From positions 80,478,001 through 80,542,000 of the forward strand of contig CM059432.1 in assembly GCA_030390025.1 (NCBI GenBank): a DNA stretch of 64,000 nt. Direction: 5' to 3'. The position numbers were made by a program, and so were the translations under genes. Source of the stretch: Squalus acanthias (lineage: Eukaryota). Shown piece after piece: positions 10,226-23,490 of the stretch. Every line of letters begins with the position of its first letter. Position 1 is the stretch's first letter. The notes beneath the pieces were generated by a model. That model searched no databases and was not told the origin of the DNA. It worked only from the letters and a program-made list of their open reading frames with translations.

Positions 10226-13078
10226 GTATTTCTTTTTCTGAATTGACAAAACTGGTGTTACAAGGTTCTTCTTTATTTTCTTATTTATGTGATAGATTCA
10301 AAATGACCCTCAAAATGACCCTAAGTACAAAGTATATGTCTGTTGTGGGAATATCAAATTAATCAAATAAAATAATGTATTTCTGCTCATAGTAAATATA
10401 TTCATTTCAAATGCTCATACAATAATGATTAATTGCTGATCAAACAGTTTCTATGGCACTGAGTATTGAGCAGGATTGAGCAGCTCTGTTAAGTGCAAAT
10501 AACCTGCAACACTGTTCAAGATTTTGTTTTTATCAATAGAAGGCCCTGAAGTTGTAATGTAACATTCTACTTGCTTGGAGAACACATACAGGCCACCATG
10601 AGACAGGGTTTTAGGGAAATCATGGCAGACTACTGTACATACTTAGATAAGGAGTCCTGTTAGGAAATACCTCTTGGCAGTAGCATGCATATCGAAGAAC
10701 ATGGGAGGTAAGTTGCCTCTCATGTCAGTGCCACTTCTGTGCCACCATTGAGCCCCACAAGTGACTGGAGGTGACAGCTCTGTAAGGGAATGAGCCCAGA
10801 GTGACTTAAGCACCAGATAATCCTGGCACCAATGAAGAAATATTCAGGTAAATTTTAATAATTAATGTTTCTGGTACAGAACTTCATGTGACAGGAGCAG
10901 GTATCAGGAACTTGGGCATTCTGCCAAACTTTGCATCCAACTTTAATGGATGGGAAATCGTGCAGGGCAGCTGAACTCCGTGCCTGCATTCCTGTCCTAT
11001 GCTCCCATTGAGGGAAGCTCTTTGCTGGGGGCGCTAATCTGTAAAATCTACCGCATTCAGGAAAGTTGGAAGTACAAGTAGTGCATTGTATCCTATGCAA
11101 CTAGCCAACTGGCTGAATGGCCACCTATCACCAGTACTCCTTTACCTAGAGCAGCATTATGCTGTATTCTTCTTATATCCTGGTTCTAGGTAATGGCAGA
11201 TGCAGGCTGTACATCTCTATTGGAATCGCACTTGCCTGACATCCTACCTTTGCTCCTCTTTTTTCTCCCAATAACAAATATAAAGGTATTCCCATTGGAT
11301 GACCCATGTTTGATATTTAAATTGCAGAAGTTGAAAATGGCAAAACTTTCGGCTATGAAAATAAAGTGGCGCCAAAAATAAACACCCAAAAAACATTTAC
11401 AATATTCTTTTTGTAGGTTTCAAAAATCAAAGTAAGTAAATGTCAGTTCATCTTCAAACGCTGATGTCCTGGCACATGCCTAGCAGCGTTTTATATGGGT
11501 GGGATAAATATACATCACGTTTGTGGTGTGAATCATGGGAAATTACACATTTGTTTGACTACATTAATTTGCATTTATAATGAACTTCCTGCCACGTAGA
11601 TCTGCCTGACTGGAAAAGTGCATCATAATTGATTATTGGCAGAGATCTGACTTCAGCCATCCCTCTCTCACCAAGTTGCTGGTATAAACTATTGGAAGAT
11701 CTTTGAAGTTGTCTTGAGGCATTATTACCAATGCAATGGGAGAACTGTTTTTTGCATCACTGAGTGTCTTCAGATTGGATGGGATTTAGAATATCGTTTT
11801 GGATTACATTTTCATGGAAACTTTGAGTTTTCTCCCACAAGACCATTTTTCTTTGATTATCATATTTCACAAGGATGTGGGAAGGAGAAAAAATACAAGT
11901 TTTGGCAGCTGTACCAGCTTAATGGGAAGCTGTGTGTCTCTTACAGATCAAACATAGAAACCATAGGATATTGGTGAAAGCCCACCATTAGTGGTTTAAT
12001 TCCCACAACAGAAACATGTACAACATATTACATTGCTTCAAATTTTGTAAATAACCTGTTAAGCACAATAACTAGACAGGAAAAGTGCAGTAATGTATTT
12101 AGAAACTATTTGTGTGATAAACACATTCAAAGATACCAGATTGGTTCTGCAGTGACTACAGCGACTGGCTATAAAGGGCCCAAGGAAACCTTTTAAACAC
12201 AATTTGTAAGAACGTTCCTTCTGTATGCAGAAGAACAGAAGTGTCAGGAAAATAATGTGACGGGAACAGAAAGAAGTTATAAACTTACTGTATTTCAGAA
12301 AATCACTGAGGTAACTTTCCAAAGTTACCATAATAGTATAGCGTCTTCAATTGTGATGATCACTGATATCATTATGTTCACCATCAAAATATGAAAGCAA
12401 AGATAACAAACTTATTATAAAGGTAAATTTTACGAATGCGAGTTCTGGTGCGGAGCCTCACCCACCAGGATTGTACATCAGGAACTTGTTGACGCACTGC
12501 CAATGATTTTCTGGATGTATTTGTGAAGTACAGTACATGAGTGGGTGGGCACCCAGTGCTGGGAGTGCTCACGTCCCTGGCCTTTCACTTGCCGGGCCAT
12601 TATCATCAGTGAGAGTAGGCATACTAACCTGCCAAGTGGTGCATGTCGGTTGCACCTGGGGGTCCAGGCCTGGATCGTGGCCTGCACCTCCAGTGAATTC
12701 AGAATGTCAGCTCTCTTACAAAAGGGGCTTAGTTATTCTTTCTTGAGAAGCAGAGATTTCTCCCCTTTGGTGCAGAACAGCATTCACTGGCTTTTCGGCA
12801 TTTTGGAGCTGGCAGCAGTCAAGATGCTTCCCTAGTGGAGCAGTGGCCCACCATTAACATGATAATTAAGAGATCTCCCATTGACCCCACAAACCTTGGT
12901 GGGGTCAGTAGCGGAGGTCCCAAGTGGGCGTATCCCGGCAACTATGCTAGGATGAGCCACCCAGGAGATTTTTAGCCTCAAGTTTTCTTACACTGACCCA
13001 GAGTTAGGTATTCATAAAACTCTCTGCTATAGGGGACCCCGGATACATCGAGGGCCCCCAGTTTGCCAGTAAACGTTA

Positions 13079-16044
13079 CAGGAAACTCTTTGGTATCCGG
13101 CACCGACGGGACCGGGGTGGTGCCAGTTGAATAAAAATTCCGGATGATGGAGAGGGTTATCTACCGAGGCTATTTTTAACAAACAAAAATAAAAAAATCA
13201 AAAAATGTGCAGTATACAGTAATTGGGTACTCACCTACAGAATGTTGTGTTAAATGGATGGAGGAAGATGCTTGATTAAGTACAGTACTGCCAGTTGAGG
13301 GTAATCCATAACTCTTTAAGTACAAAACAGTAAAACAAAACTTATAAATGACTGTATACAGTACTGTAGTTGACTGTACACTTATTCCAAGTCAACTGGT
13401 TCATCAGGAATATCCATGCCAGCTGGGTCATCAGGATCATGCACTTCCACAGATTCTTCAGGCACTTCCGCTGCTTCGACTCTTTTGGAAGCTTTCTTAA
13501 ACATGTTGCGGATGTCGGCTTGCTTAGTGGACTCTTGCCTTTTCTGTAGAAACGTGGAATCCAGAATATGGAGTTGCATAACTTCTTGGGCAGAGTAGCA
13601 AGGCTGCCTTTCAGCAAATTGGAGGATTGAAGAAAATCCTTCTGCAGCTTTAGCCCAAGAAACCTTGTTCTCTTCAGAAATCTCATCCTCTTCACTTTCC
13701 ATCTCACTTTCCTTTTCTTTCTTTGGATTCAAAACACTCTCAATTATTTCATCATCACTTAGCATATGCACAACACCAACTTCTCTATCTGCATCAACCC
13801 ACTGCTCGATATCACTTTCACTGAGGTGGCGTAGAGGGTTTGCTGGGCCTACATTTTTCACCATGCCAGCCATTTCCATTATTGTACTCTTCTTGGGACG
13901 AACATTGAACCCATGAAATTCCTCCTCTGAAGAAGAACCTTCAGCAAACATTGCAGAAGCCCACAATTTGCGCCAGGCTTGCTTCACCAAGTTCCAGGAA
14001 CATGCAACATTATAGATGGCATCTTTAATACTGTATTCCTTCTGAAATGCGTGAATATTGTCATCTTGGTTTATCAGTTTACGTAGGAAGTCTTTTTTGT
14101 AATGACACTTCAGATTTTGGATAACGCCCTGGTCCATGGGTTGTACGAGAGAAGTTACATTTGGTGGCAAATAAATGGTGAAAATATTTCCCGAAACCAA
14201 CTCGGATTCATGCGGATGGGCTCTACAATTATCAAGCAATAAAATGCATTTGCTATCTTCAGGTTTCCCTATTTTACGGAAATGTTCCCTCACAGATGGA
14301 ACAAAAATATGATGGAACCAATAGGAGAAGATTTGGGCAACACGGTGGCATAGTGGTTAGCACTGGTGCCTCACAGCGCCAGGGACCCGGGTTCGAATCT
14401 GGCCTCGGGTGACTGTCTGTGTGGAGTTTGCACATTCTCCCCGTGTCTGCGTGGGTTTCCTCTGGGTGCTCCGGTTTCCTCCCACAGTCCAAAAATGTGC
14501 GGGTTAGGTTGATTTGGCTATGATAAATTGACCCTTAGTGTTAGGGGGATTAAATATGTGGGGTTACAGGGATAGGATGGGATATGTTAGGGGGAATTAA
14601 ATACGTGGGGTTACGGGGATAGGGTGGGATATGTGTCGGTGCAGGCTCGATGGGGATTCTGTGTGAGAAAGCAGGGACAGGGTACTGGATTTGGATGATC
14701 AGCCATGATCGTATTGAATGGTGGAGCAGGCTCGACGGGCCGAATGGCCTACTCCTGCTCCTAGTTTCTATGTTTCTATTTCCTTTTCCATCCAAGCATT
14801 TTTTTGATCTTTGTACTCAACAGGTAAGTGACTCGATTAGCATGGGTCCAGAAAGTGGAACACCCTCTGAACGCTTAAGAGAAAACCACTCATAAAGCAC
14901 GGTATCCAGCTCTTCAAGCTTAGGCTTACAAAGCGTACGCCGTTTCTCTACACTCTTTTAAATGCACGGGGATTTTTATACTTCCCAATAACAAGAAGTT
15001 TAACCCGGTGTGATCCAGCAGCGTTCGCACATGTTAGCATGGTTACACGATCTTTATTTTTCTTGTAACCTGAAGCATTAGCCTCACTAGCCCCAGCAAG
15101 CGTTGATTCTGGCAAAAACCTCCAAAACAAGCCAGTTTCATCGGCATTATATATCTGTGCTGGCGACAAATCATGTTGCTGCACAATCCGATTGAAATAA
15201 TCGCAGTATTCTTCTGCGGCGTCGTGATCAGCTGATTTCTTCTCCCTGGAAATATTGAGTCGTCGTATCCCGTGCCGTAACTTGAAGCACGTTAGCCATC
15301 CCTCGGAGAAAGCACACTTGTCAGTGAGCTCCATCCTTACGTAGAAATCCTTCACTTTCTCGATTAGCATGGGTCCGGAAAGTGGAACACCCTCTGAACG
15401 CTTAAGAGAAAACCACTCATAAAGCACGGTATCCAGCTCTTCAAGCTTAGGCTTACGAAGCGTACGCCGTTTCTCTACACTCTTAGATGTCTCCAAGCTT
15501 GAATAAAACTTGAGCAGCTTATCCTTCTGCGATTTGATGTCGTAGATTGTTGACGAACCGATTTTGAATTCATTCATAATGTTGATACGCTTCTCTCCCC
15601 TTTCTAGTCGTTGGCATATCTCGATTATCTGTTTTAAAGTTAACACCACTCTCTTCCTTTTGCTTGGACCAGCTTTTGGGAATTCCATAATGCAAGATGG
15701 GGGAGATAATTCCCGATAAAGATGGAGAGACACACAGAAAAATGGTGGCTCGGAAGAGACTACCAGCAGCGCGGGAGACACACAGTAAAATGGCAGATCA
15801 GAAGAGACTACCAGCAGCGCGGGAGTATCAGACTCCTGTTATTGCGGTGTTCGGACTTCCCACAGCGCCGGGAAGCCGAGTAGTGGCACTTTGGAGAACT
15901 ACCCCCACTGACTAACTCGGCGTTCGCGGGAGACTCGGACTCGGCAACATTGCTGGTTATTGGGGAGGAGTTTTCGGAGTATGAATTTTGCCGGTTAATA
16001 GAGAATTCCAGATATTTAGGTGCCATTTAAACGAGAGTTTCCTG
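13079..16044 (-). mobile_element. Tigger/pogo (Tc1/mariner superfamily) DNA transposon with disrupted transposase
   Basis: Imperfect 26-bp TIRs (caggaaactct...ggcacc) flanked by TA. Transposase from about 15688 to 13382 has psq and CENP-B HTH motifs and DDE_1 motifs ([22 protein letters not shown]). Interrupted by a SINE and a templated insertion. Confidence 0.93.
14335..14777 (+). mobile_element. HE1-like tRNA-derived V-SINE inside the Tigger transposase
   Basis: A-box tggcatagtgg, B-box ggttcgaatc, central gtggagtttgcacattctccccgtgtctgc domain, CR1-type tail. Flanked by ATTT on both sides; removing it restores NAWMEKEIFSYWF. Confidence 0.88.
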
Positions 16045-16069
16045 TATATAGTTTGTCGTTATCAATATA

Positions 16070-17945
16070 CAGTTCCTCTTGGATTGGAAAATTGCAAATG
16101 TCACTCCATGTTTTAAGAAGGACAGGAGAGAGAATCCAGGTAACTAACCGACTCGTCAGTTTAACGTCAGCTGTGGGGAAGGTACTAGAATCTGTCATTA
16201 GGGACAAAGTGCCTGAGCACTTGGGCAAATACGAACTATCAAAGAGAGTCAGCATAGATTTGTGAAAGGTTAAGTTATGATTGATTAATCTAGTTGAATT
16301 TTTTGAGAAGATCACTAACATGGTGAGTAAGGGAGTATCTATGGATGTTGTCTCTATGGACTTGCCATAAAGCATTTGATAAGTTTCCGCACAAGAGATT
16401 TTTTAGCAAAAATGAAAGTGCATGGAATTGGAGGCAACCTTGTGACATGGGTTGGAAATTGATTGGGAGGTAGGAGACAGAGAGTAGGGATAAAGGGTAC
16501 ATACTCTGATTTGGTGGGATATGACAGGTAGTGTTCCCCAGGAATCTGCACTGGGTCCTCAGCTTTTCACTATATTTATCAATGACTTAGAATCATAGAA
16601 TAGTACAGCATTGAGTCTGCGCTGACTCTTTTGAAGAGCAATCCAGTTAGTCCCACTCCCCCGGTCTTTCCCCATAGCCCTGCAATTATTTCTCCTTCAA
16701 GTATTTATCCAATTCCCCTTTGAAGGCTATGATTGAATCTGTTTCCACCACCCTATCAGGCAGTGCAACCAAATCCTAACCACTCGTTGCGTAAAAACAT
16801 TTTTCCTCATGTCGCTTCTGGTTCTTTTGCCAATCTGTGCCCTCTGGATATCAACCCTTCAACCATTGGAAACAGTTTCTCTTTATTTACTCCATCTAAA
16901 ATCTTCATGATTTTGAACACCTCTATCAAATCTCCTCTTAGCCCTCTCAGCTCTAAGGAGAACAACCCCAGCTTCTCCAGTCTATCCACATAACAGTATT
17001 CCCTCATCCCTGGACTTGGATGAAGGAATAGAGTTGTATATCCAAGTTTGCAGGTGACAGTACGTTGGGAGGCACAGTAGGTAATGCAGAGGGAGCAGGG
17101 AGTTGCAAAGGGATATAGACAGATTAAGTGAGTGGACAAAACTGTGGCAAATGAAGTTAAATGTGGGATAGTGTGAGGCCATCCATTTTGGATCCAAGAA
17201 AGATCCGAGTATTTTCTAAATAGTGAGAAACGAGGAACTGTGGAGGAGCCGAGAGAATTGGGTGTCCATGTACACAAATCACTAAAAGCTAGTAGACAGA
17301 TACAAAAAATAATCAAAAAGACTAATGGAATGTTGGCCTTTATCTCAAAGGGACTGGAATACAAAGGTGAGGAAGTTGTGCTTCAGTACACACAGCCTTG
17401 GTCAGATCCCATCTGGAGTACTGCGTTCAGTTTCGGGCACTGCACCTCAGGAAGGATATATTTGCCTTGGAGGGGGTGCAGTGTAGATTCACCGAATGAT
17501 ACTGGTGTTTAAATGGTTAAATTAGGAGGACAGGCTGTATAAACTTGGCTTGTATTCCTTGAGTGTAAAAGATTTAGGGGTGATCTGATCGAGGTATTTA
17601 AAATGATTACAGAATTCAATAGGGTAGTTAAAGAGAAACTATTTCCTCTGGTCGGAGAATCCAGAATAAGAGGGCATAATATTAAACACAGAGCTAAGCT
17701 ATTTAGGAGTGAAATCAGGAAGCCCCTTTTCATACAAAGGGTAGTGAAAATCTGGAACTTACTTCCCCAAAAAGCTGTGGATGTTGGATCAATTGAAATT
17801 TTCAAGACTGTGATCAATAGATTTTTAGGTAAGGGTATGGAGCAAAGGCAGGTAAATTGAGTTGTGGCACAGATCAGCCATGATCTAATCGAATGGTGAA
17901 ACAGGGTCGAGGAGCTGAATGGCCTAGTCCTGTTCCAATGTTCCT
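16070..17945 (+). mobile_element. 5'-truncated degenerate CR1 LINE with an opposite-strand CR1 3' end inserted at about 16588-17012
   Basis: WKIANVTP, RLVSLTSAVGKVLES, LGVHVH and FPLVGESRIRGH motifs, then the 3' UTR gatcagccatgatctaatcgaatgg. The inner piece reads DRLEKLGLFSLE on the minus strand. Confidence 0.85.
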
Positions 17946-18392
17946 AAGACATGCTGCTAAAATCCCAGAAATGCCATACGACTCTGTACCATTTTGCAGT
18001 AGACTCTGGTGGTGCTCTGGCAGAGTTACAGCTGGAGACTGGTGGAATACCTATGGATTTTCAGGGTCTTTGTTCTCTAAGCAATCTGTAGGCTAATTGG
18101 CATGTGACCTGGCTGCTCATGATAATGGGTTGACCCCAATCTGAGTAAATTTGCTTCACAGTAGCCACAGGACTACCCACTAACAATAAACTTTTTGATC
18201 TCAGACTTTTCATCAATTTATTAAAAAGGATCACAATTTGCTTTCGGAATTATAACTAAATGCTTTCTGTGGATTGTTCATATACAAATAGAGTGGATAA
18301 CTAAACACTAGAGCAAAATACAGAGGGTTGCTTTATTTAATGTAACCTTGTAACTGCAACTATACAAAAATCAGACAAAAATGGGAACCTTT

Positions 18393-19287
18393 GGCCCTGA
18401 TATTGATAGGGGCGGAGTTTCCGAGAGGTGGGGGCGGAGGTTCATTCGGGAAATCCGGACCTCGCATGTGGTACTCCACAACGTGCGTGTTTTTTTTTGA
18501 CAATCTCTGCCTGGAAGTCAGCCTGATTGACAGGCTTGGCTTCCAGTCTGGGGGGGGGGGCGGGTGGGTGGGGGGAAGCACTCCGGAGCAAGACGCAGCT
18601 GCAGGTAAGGTGCCTGCAGCTACTAGTAGGAGCGTGGGGGTGGGGGTGGGTCCGATCCTGGGAGGGGGTCTGATCCCCGATCCCAAGGGGTTCCGAATCC
18701 TGATAAGGGGGGGGGGGGTCTGATCCCGGATAAAGGGGGGTCCAATCCCAGATAAGGGTGTCCGATCCGAGGGGTGGGTCCGATCCCCGATCGGAGGGGG
18801 GTTCAATTCCCGATTCGTGAAGGGGGCGTCTGATCACCGATTGAGGTTGGTCTTTGGATTGGGGTGGGTGTGATGCGGGGAGGGGGGGAGGGGACGCGGG
18901 TAGGATGCCGGGGAAGCAGGTAAACTTGTGGGGCCGGCGGGGGGTGGGGGGGGAGCACTCCTGCTCCTCCTGGCCCACAAGGTCTTAACTTTTCCCCGAA
19001 GCTATCCTCGCCTCCCTTTAGCTGCTGGGTTTCCCGAGGCCTGGGAATCCTGGCAGACCAGGGTTAAACCTGTAAGGGAAGTTAAATGTGAGGGTCCCAG
19101 CCTCATTTTAATATTTAAATGGCCAACCTGCCTCATGGGAACAGGTTAGCTGCCTGCTCCCTGTCCCGCCTCCATTAAACCTGGAAGTGGGCGGGTTGGA
19201 GGTGGTTTTGGGTCGGGTTTGCGATTTTAAAATTTTTGCATCTCGCCTGACCCCAACCCACCTGTTTATGGGGGTTAAAATTCACCC
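18393..19287. mobile_element. Harbinger-type MITE with GC-rich ccgatc repeats
   Basis: Ends ggccctgatattga ... ttaaaattcaccc with TTT on both flanks. Internal blocks shared with 25506-26170 and 38011-38760. Confidence 0.65.
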
Positions 19288-19939
19288 TTTTGTCTCTGCA
19301 CTTCAGATAATGTCACCTGGTCATTATCGCTAATTTTGTAAGTAATTAGGTGGGATTTGTCAGTGTTATTTACAATGTAGTACTCCAGACTGGATGAAAA
19401 TGTACTGTGCTGCAGAACAATATTGGATATGAATGTTATTCAAGAGATATTATATGGTGCCACAAATAATTTGATATGGTGCAATTGATTTGACTTCCTG
19501 GAGTGTGAATTAGTGACCTCAAATGATGAGAAAGTGGATACATTACAGATACATTTTATTTTTTTCTTACTGATGTTGAATAGTATAATATCCTCTAATG
19601 TATAGTAGGCAGAATAACCTCTGCTACTAACGGCTAGCTCAGGTTTGATGCAGATATTCAGCTTTACCATTGTATCCACGAATACATTCCAAACAAATGA
19701 ATGAAGACCTTTCAATTCCTTTTTAAAAATTGGTCATTTTCAGTGTTAGTGAACTGAGTATTTCAGGTCTCTCGCAGCTTTACAGTAGTTTATGCCATAC
19801 ATTGTGGATGCTCAAAGAAGTAGGAGAAATGCGATCACATTTTTTCAAAACATTTGTGATATTTTAAAAATATTCCCTCAGTTGGGTTTTAGAGTATGAT
19901 GCTATGCATGTGTATAATTAGCATTGTTCTTTCTTCTAG

Positions 19940-20089
19940 CGGATTATCACAGCAGTGGTCATACAGTGATCAATGGTTGGAAAATACACAATACTGCCAA
20001 AAATAAATGGTTTGTCTGCATGGCAAAGACATCAGAAGACAAACAGGAATGGTTGGAGGCCTTTCTAAAGGAGCGAGAACGAAGAAAGA
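19940..20089 (+). CDS. PREX2: PREX2 internal exon (PH C-terminus), 150 bp
   Basis: ttctAG ... GTaaga. Encodes (A)[49 protein letters not shown]. Confidence 0.96.
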
Positions 20090-20276
20090 GTAAGATGTAA
20101 ATCTTTATACTTATATGTGCATTTGTGAAATTAATTTACCAGGAATAATCTCAGGAAAGATAAAACAAGCAAAAATGAATCTATATAGTGCCAGTGCTGA
20201 CCTCCAGTTGCAAAATGTTACGGTCCTTTTATTTATGGTATAGTGGCAGATAGATCTCATAGCTGATATGCAATAA

Positions 20277-20724
20277 AGGAAGGAAGAAAGAAAGACTTGC
20301 ATTTATATAGCGCCTTTCACGATCTCAGGAAGTTCCAAAGTGCTTTACAGCCAATGAAGTACTTTTTGAAGTGTAGTCACTGTTGTAATGTAGGAAACGC
20401 GGCAGCCAGTTTGCGCACAGCAAGCTCCCACAAACAGCATTATGATAATAACCAGATAAACTGCTTTGGTCGAGGGATAAATATTGGCCAGGACACCAGG
20501 GATAAGTCTCCTGCTCTTCTTCGAAATAGTGCCATGGGATCTTTTATGTCCACCTGAGAGACGTCTCAGCCAAAAGACGGCACTGCCAACAGTGCAGCAC
20601 TCCCTCAGCACTGCACTGGAGTGTCAGCCTAGATTTTTGCACTCGCGTCCTAGAGTGGGACTTGAACACACTATCTTCTGACTCAGAGGCGAGGGTGCTA
20701 CCAACTGAGCCATAGCTGACACCT
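20277..20724 (-). mobile_element. SacSINE1/DeuSINE-like SINE with L2-type tail
   Basis: Minus strand begins ggtgtcagctatggctcagttggtagc (A-box) with gttcaagtc (B-box), has a Deu-like centre, and ends aaaggcgctatataaatgcaagtc(tttc)n, matching the L2 end near 50590. Confidence 0.8.
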
Positions 20725-20837
20725 AAAAACTACATGTGAAAGAATTTATTGTACTAACAGTATTTTTATGTAAACCTGGCTTCTTCTACAATCAGTATTC
20801 AGTAAATTGAACATTATAACTTAAGTACATTCACAAT

Positions 20838-21350
20838 GGCCCGTATTTTCCGATGCCTACGGGTGTGTACGGGCTGTGTACACACCCGTAGGGACATCGG
20901 AAATGCATGCGCTGAAAACCGGCATTTCCGATCTGTCAAGAATGCTCTTGACAGTTCGGACGCCTGCCCTGGAGAAGGTCTCTGCGGGTGGAGAGTTCCA
21001 CTTTCTGCAGAACCTCCGCCAGCTGAAAACCCTTAGAAATCTTACGCCTGGTAAAAGCAGGCGTAAAGGCCTGCTTTTACCAGCATAAGAGTTGAAAAAA
21101 GTAAAAAGAAAATGTTTTTTTCACTCATTTATAATTTAAAAATACTTTTAAAAAGGTAAGTTTATTTTTAGCCCCGTAAAAAATTTTCATTATTTTTTTC
21201 AAAAAATTAAATTTTTGTTTAAAATATTTAATTTAATGTAATTTTAACTCATTTTAAAAACATGATAGTTTAAAAAAAATGTATTTAATGTTTTAGTGTC
21301 TTTTTGGGGTGATCTCCATTCATATATTTGACAGGTCTATCTGTCAAGTG
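20838..21350. mobile_element. Family A/B MITE, right end missing
   Basis: ggcccgtattttccga start; colinear with 1074-1660 and with the reverse of 31833-32559. Confidence 0.75.
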
Positions 21351-22396
21351 TTTGTACTTGTAAGAATAAAGATAGATTAAACTGTTCATATAAACAGATC
21401 ATTGTTATCAGTGGTCTGCCTCAGGCAGGTTATAACTCAATTCTCCCTTCTCCAAGCCACACTGTCTTGTGTTCCTCTCTTTAATTCTCCATAAGATCTC
21501 CCATTCTTCAGGTGGTCCAGAGGCATTTCACTTATCCTCCCTCTTGGTCTTTATTCCTTCCATCAATCTTTCTATCATTTTTTTCAACATCCCTTCCCCT
21601 CTCAGCACATGCCCAATCCAATTAATTTGCCTTTTTCTGCTGACATCAATCAAACTATATTATTTTTGTATCATTGCCAACACTTCCTCTTGACTTTCCT
21701 TATCTATCCACTTTACTTTCTCCATGCGTTTCCAAACCCACATCTCAAAGCTCTCTAAAAGCTCGGCTTGCTCTTTCCTCAGCGTCCATGTTTCAGCACC
21801 GCGCAGCACCATGGTCCATATCAAATGCTTCAAGAATCTTTTGTTCAGTTCTCTATTAAGTCGTCAGGTCAATATCCTCTTCTTTATATTAAATGTAACT
21901 TTTCCCATTGTAATCCTAACTCTCACTTCCTTGACATACCTGCAATCTTCAGTTATTATACTTCCCAGAAATGTAAATTGTCTGAGCTGATCCAACCGTT
22001 CCACATTTATTAACATGCTCACTCATTCACCTGCATTTCTAGAAACCTTCGTAAATTTGGTCTTACCCACATTGATGATCTTTCCATAATCCATTACTGC
22101 AGCATTCAGGCTATCTGCCGACCACTGTAGTCCGTTCATGGTACTTGCTACCAGGACTTTGTCATCAGCAAATCTGACAGCTTTCTGTAGTTAACCTCCA
22201 AGTTTCACTCCTTCCTCTACCTGATTAAGCATTTCTCTTACCATTGCTTCTGGATACACGTTGAACCAGCAGTATCCTCTTCCAGTCACTCCTGGTTCTG
22301 ACTCTCTATCTGCTACCCTAACACTTGCAGTTTGTCCCATATACAAATCCTTTATCAGGTGTCTATCTCTCTAATCCACATAAATATTTTGTAGTA

Positions 22397-22651
22397 CCTA
22401 AGGCGACATGAGGAAAAACCTTTTTACTCAGCGAGTGGTTATGATCTGGAATGCACTACCTGAAAGGGTGGTGGAGGTAGACTCAATCACGGCTTTCAAA
22501 ATGGAGTTAGATAAGTACCTGAAGGAAAAAAATTTGCAGGGCTACGGGAAAAGGGCGGGGGAGTGGGACTAGCTGTAGTGCTCTTGCAGAGAGCCGGCAC
22601 GGGCTCGACGGGCCGAATGACCTTCCTCCATGCTGTAACCATTCTATGATT
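22397..22651 (+). mobile_element. CR1 3' end fragment
   Basis: GDMRKNLFTQRVVMIWNALP followed by gggccgaatg and an attctatgatt tail. Confidence 0.8.
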
Positions 22652-22744
22652 CATTAGTTTGATCCAGTTCACGCTATCAACATTTTCAAAGAAAATGCAC
22701 ACCTGTTGGTTTTGTTCTATATTTCTGTCGCAAATATCTCTCGT

Positions 22745-23490
22745 TTACTTGTACTTCTTGCAATTTAATATACTGTATTCGCTGCTCACGATGCGGTCTC
22801 CTCTACATTGGGGAGACCAAACGCAGATTGGGTGACCGCTTTACGGAACACCTCCGTTCAGTCCGTAAGGGGGACCCCGAGCTTCCGGTCGCCTGTCACT
22901 TTAATTCTCCGCTCCACTCCCACTCAGACCTCACCGTCCTCGGCCTCTTACATTGTTCCACTGAAGCGCAACGTAAGCTTGAGGAACAGCACCTCATCTT
23001 TCGATTAGGCACTTTACAGCCTTCTGGACTCAACATAGAGTTCAACAATTTCAGATCATAACCTCGGCCCCTATCATATATTTTTTTCCACACTTTTTTT
23101 TGTTTGTTTGTGTTTTCTTCTCTCCCACATGGCAGCTGTCTTTCATTCTGCCAGCGCAATTTACACTTCATCTAGAGCCATCTTTTGTTTCTTAACCTGT
23201 CCCATTACCATCTCCTTTTGCCTTGAATATCTCTTAATGTCTCTTAACCTCTCCTGCCTTCTATCCTATCACAGACCTTCCCTTTTGTTCTTTCATCCCC
23301 TCCCCCCTTTCCCAGCTCCTACACTTGCTTAAATATCTGTTCCATTTCCTGCTTTTTTCCAGTTCTGACGAAAGGTCATCGACCTGGAACGTTAACTCTG
23401 TTTCTCTCGCCACAGATGCTGCCTGACCTGCTGAGTATTTCCAGCACTTTCTGTTTTTATTTCAGATTTCCAGCATCTGCAGTATTTTCT
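22745..23490 (+). mobile_element. Penelope-like element 3' portion (GIY-YIG endonuclease plus pseudo-LTR)
   Basis: Encodes NLIYCIRCSRCGLLYIGETKRRLGDRFTEH...VACHFN...EQHLIFRLGTLQPSGLN. 3' region shared with 45362-45690 and 46983-47215. Confidence 0.88.
23361..23397 (+). ncRNA. Minimal hammerhead ribozyme-like motif (Penelope-associated), GAAA core mutated
   Basis: agtt-CTGACGA-a-aggtc atc gacct-GGAA-c gtt-aact. Stem I agtt/aact, stem II aggtc/gacct, palindromic ACGT stem III. The other copies show GAAA. Confidence 0.6.

Noticed and set aside
14335..14410. tRNA gene (also 8107 and about 20650-20724)
   Set aside because: A/B boxes continue into SINE bodies, and no complete cloverleaf is evident.
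13382..15781. Domesticated TIGD/JRK-like host gene
   Set aside because: It retains TIRs and a TA TSD, and the ORF is broken by two insertions.
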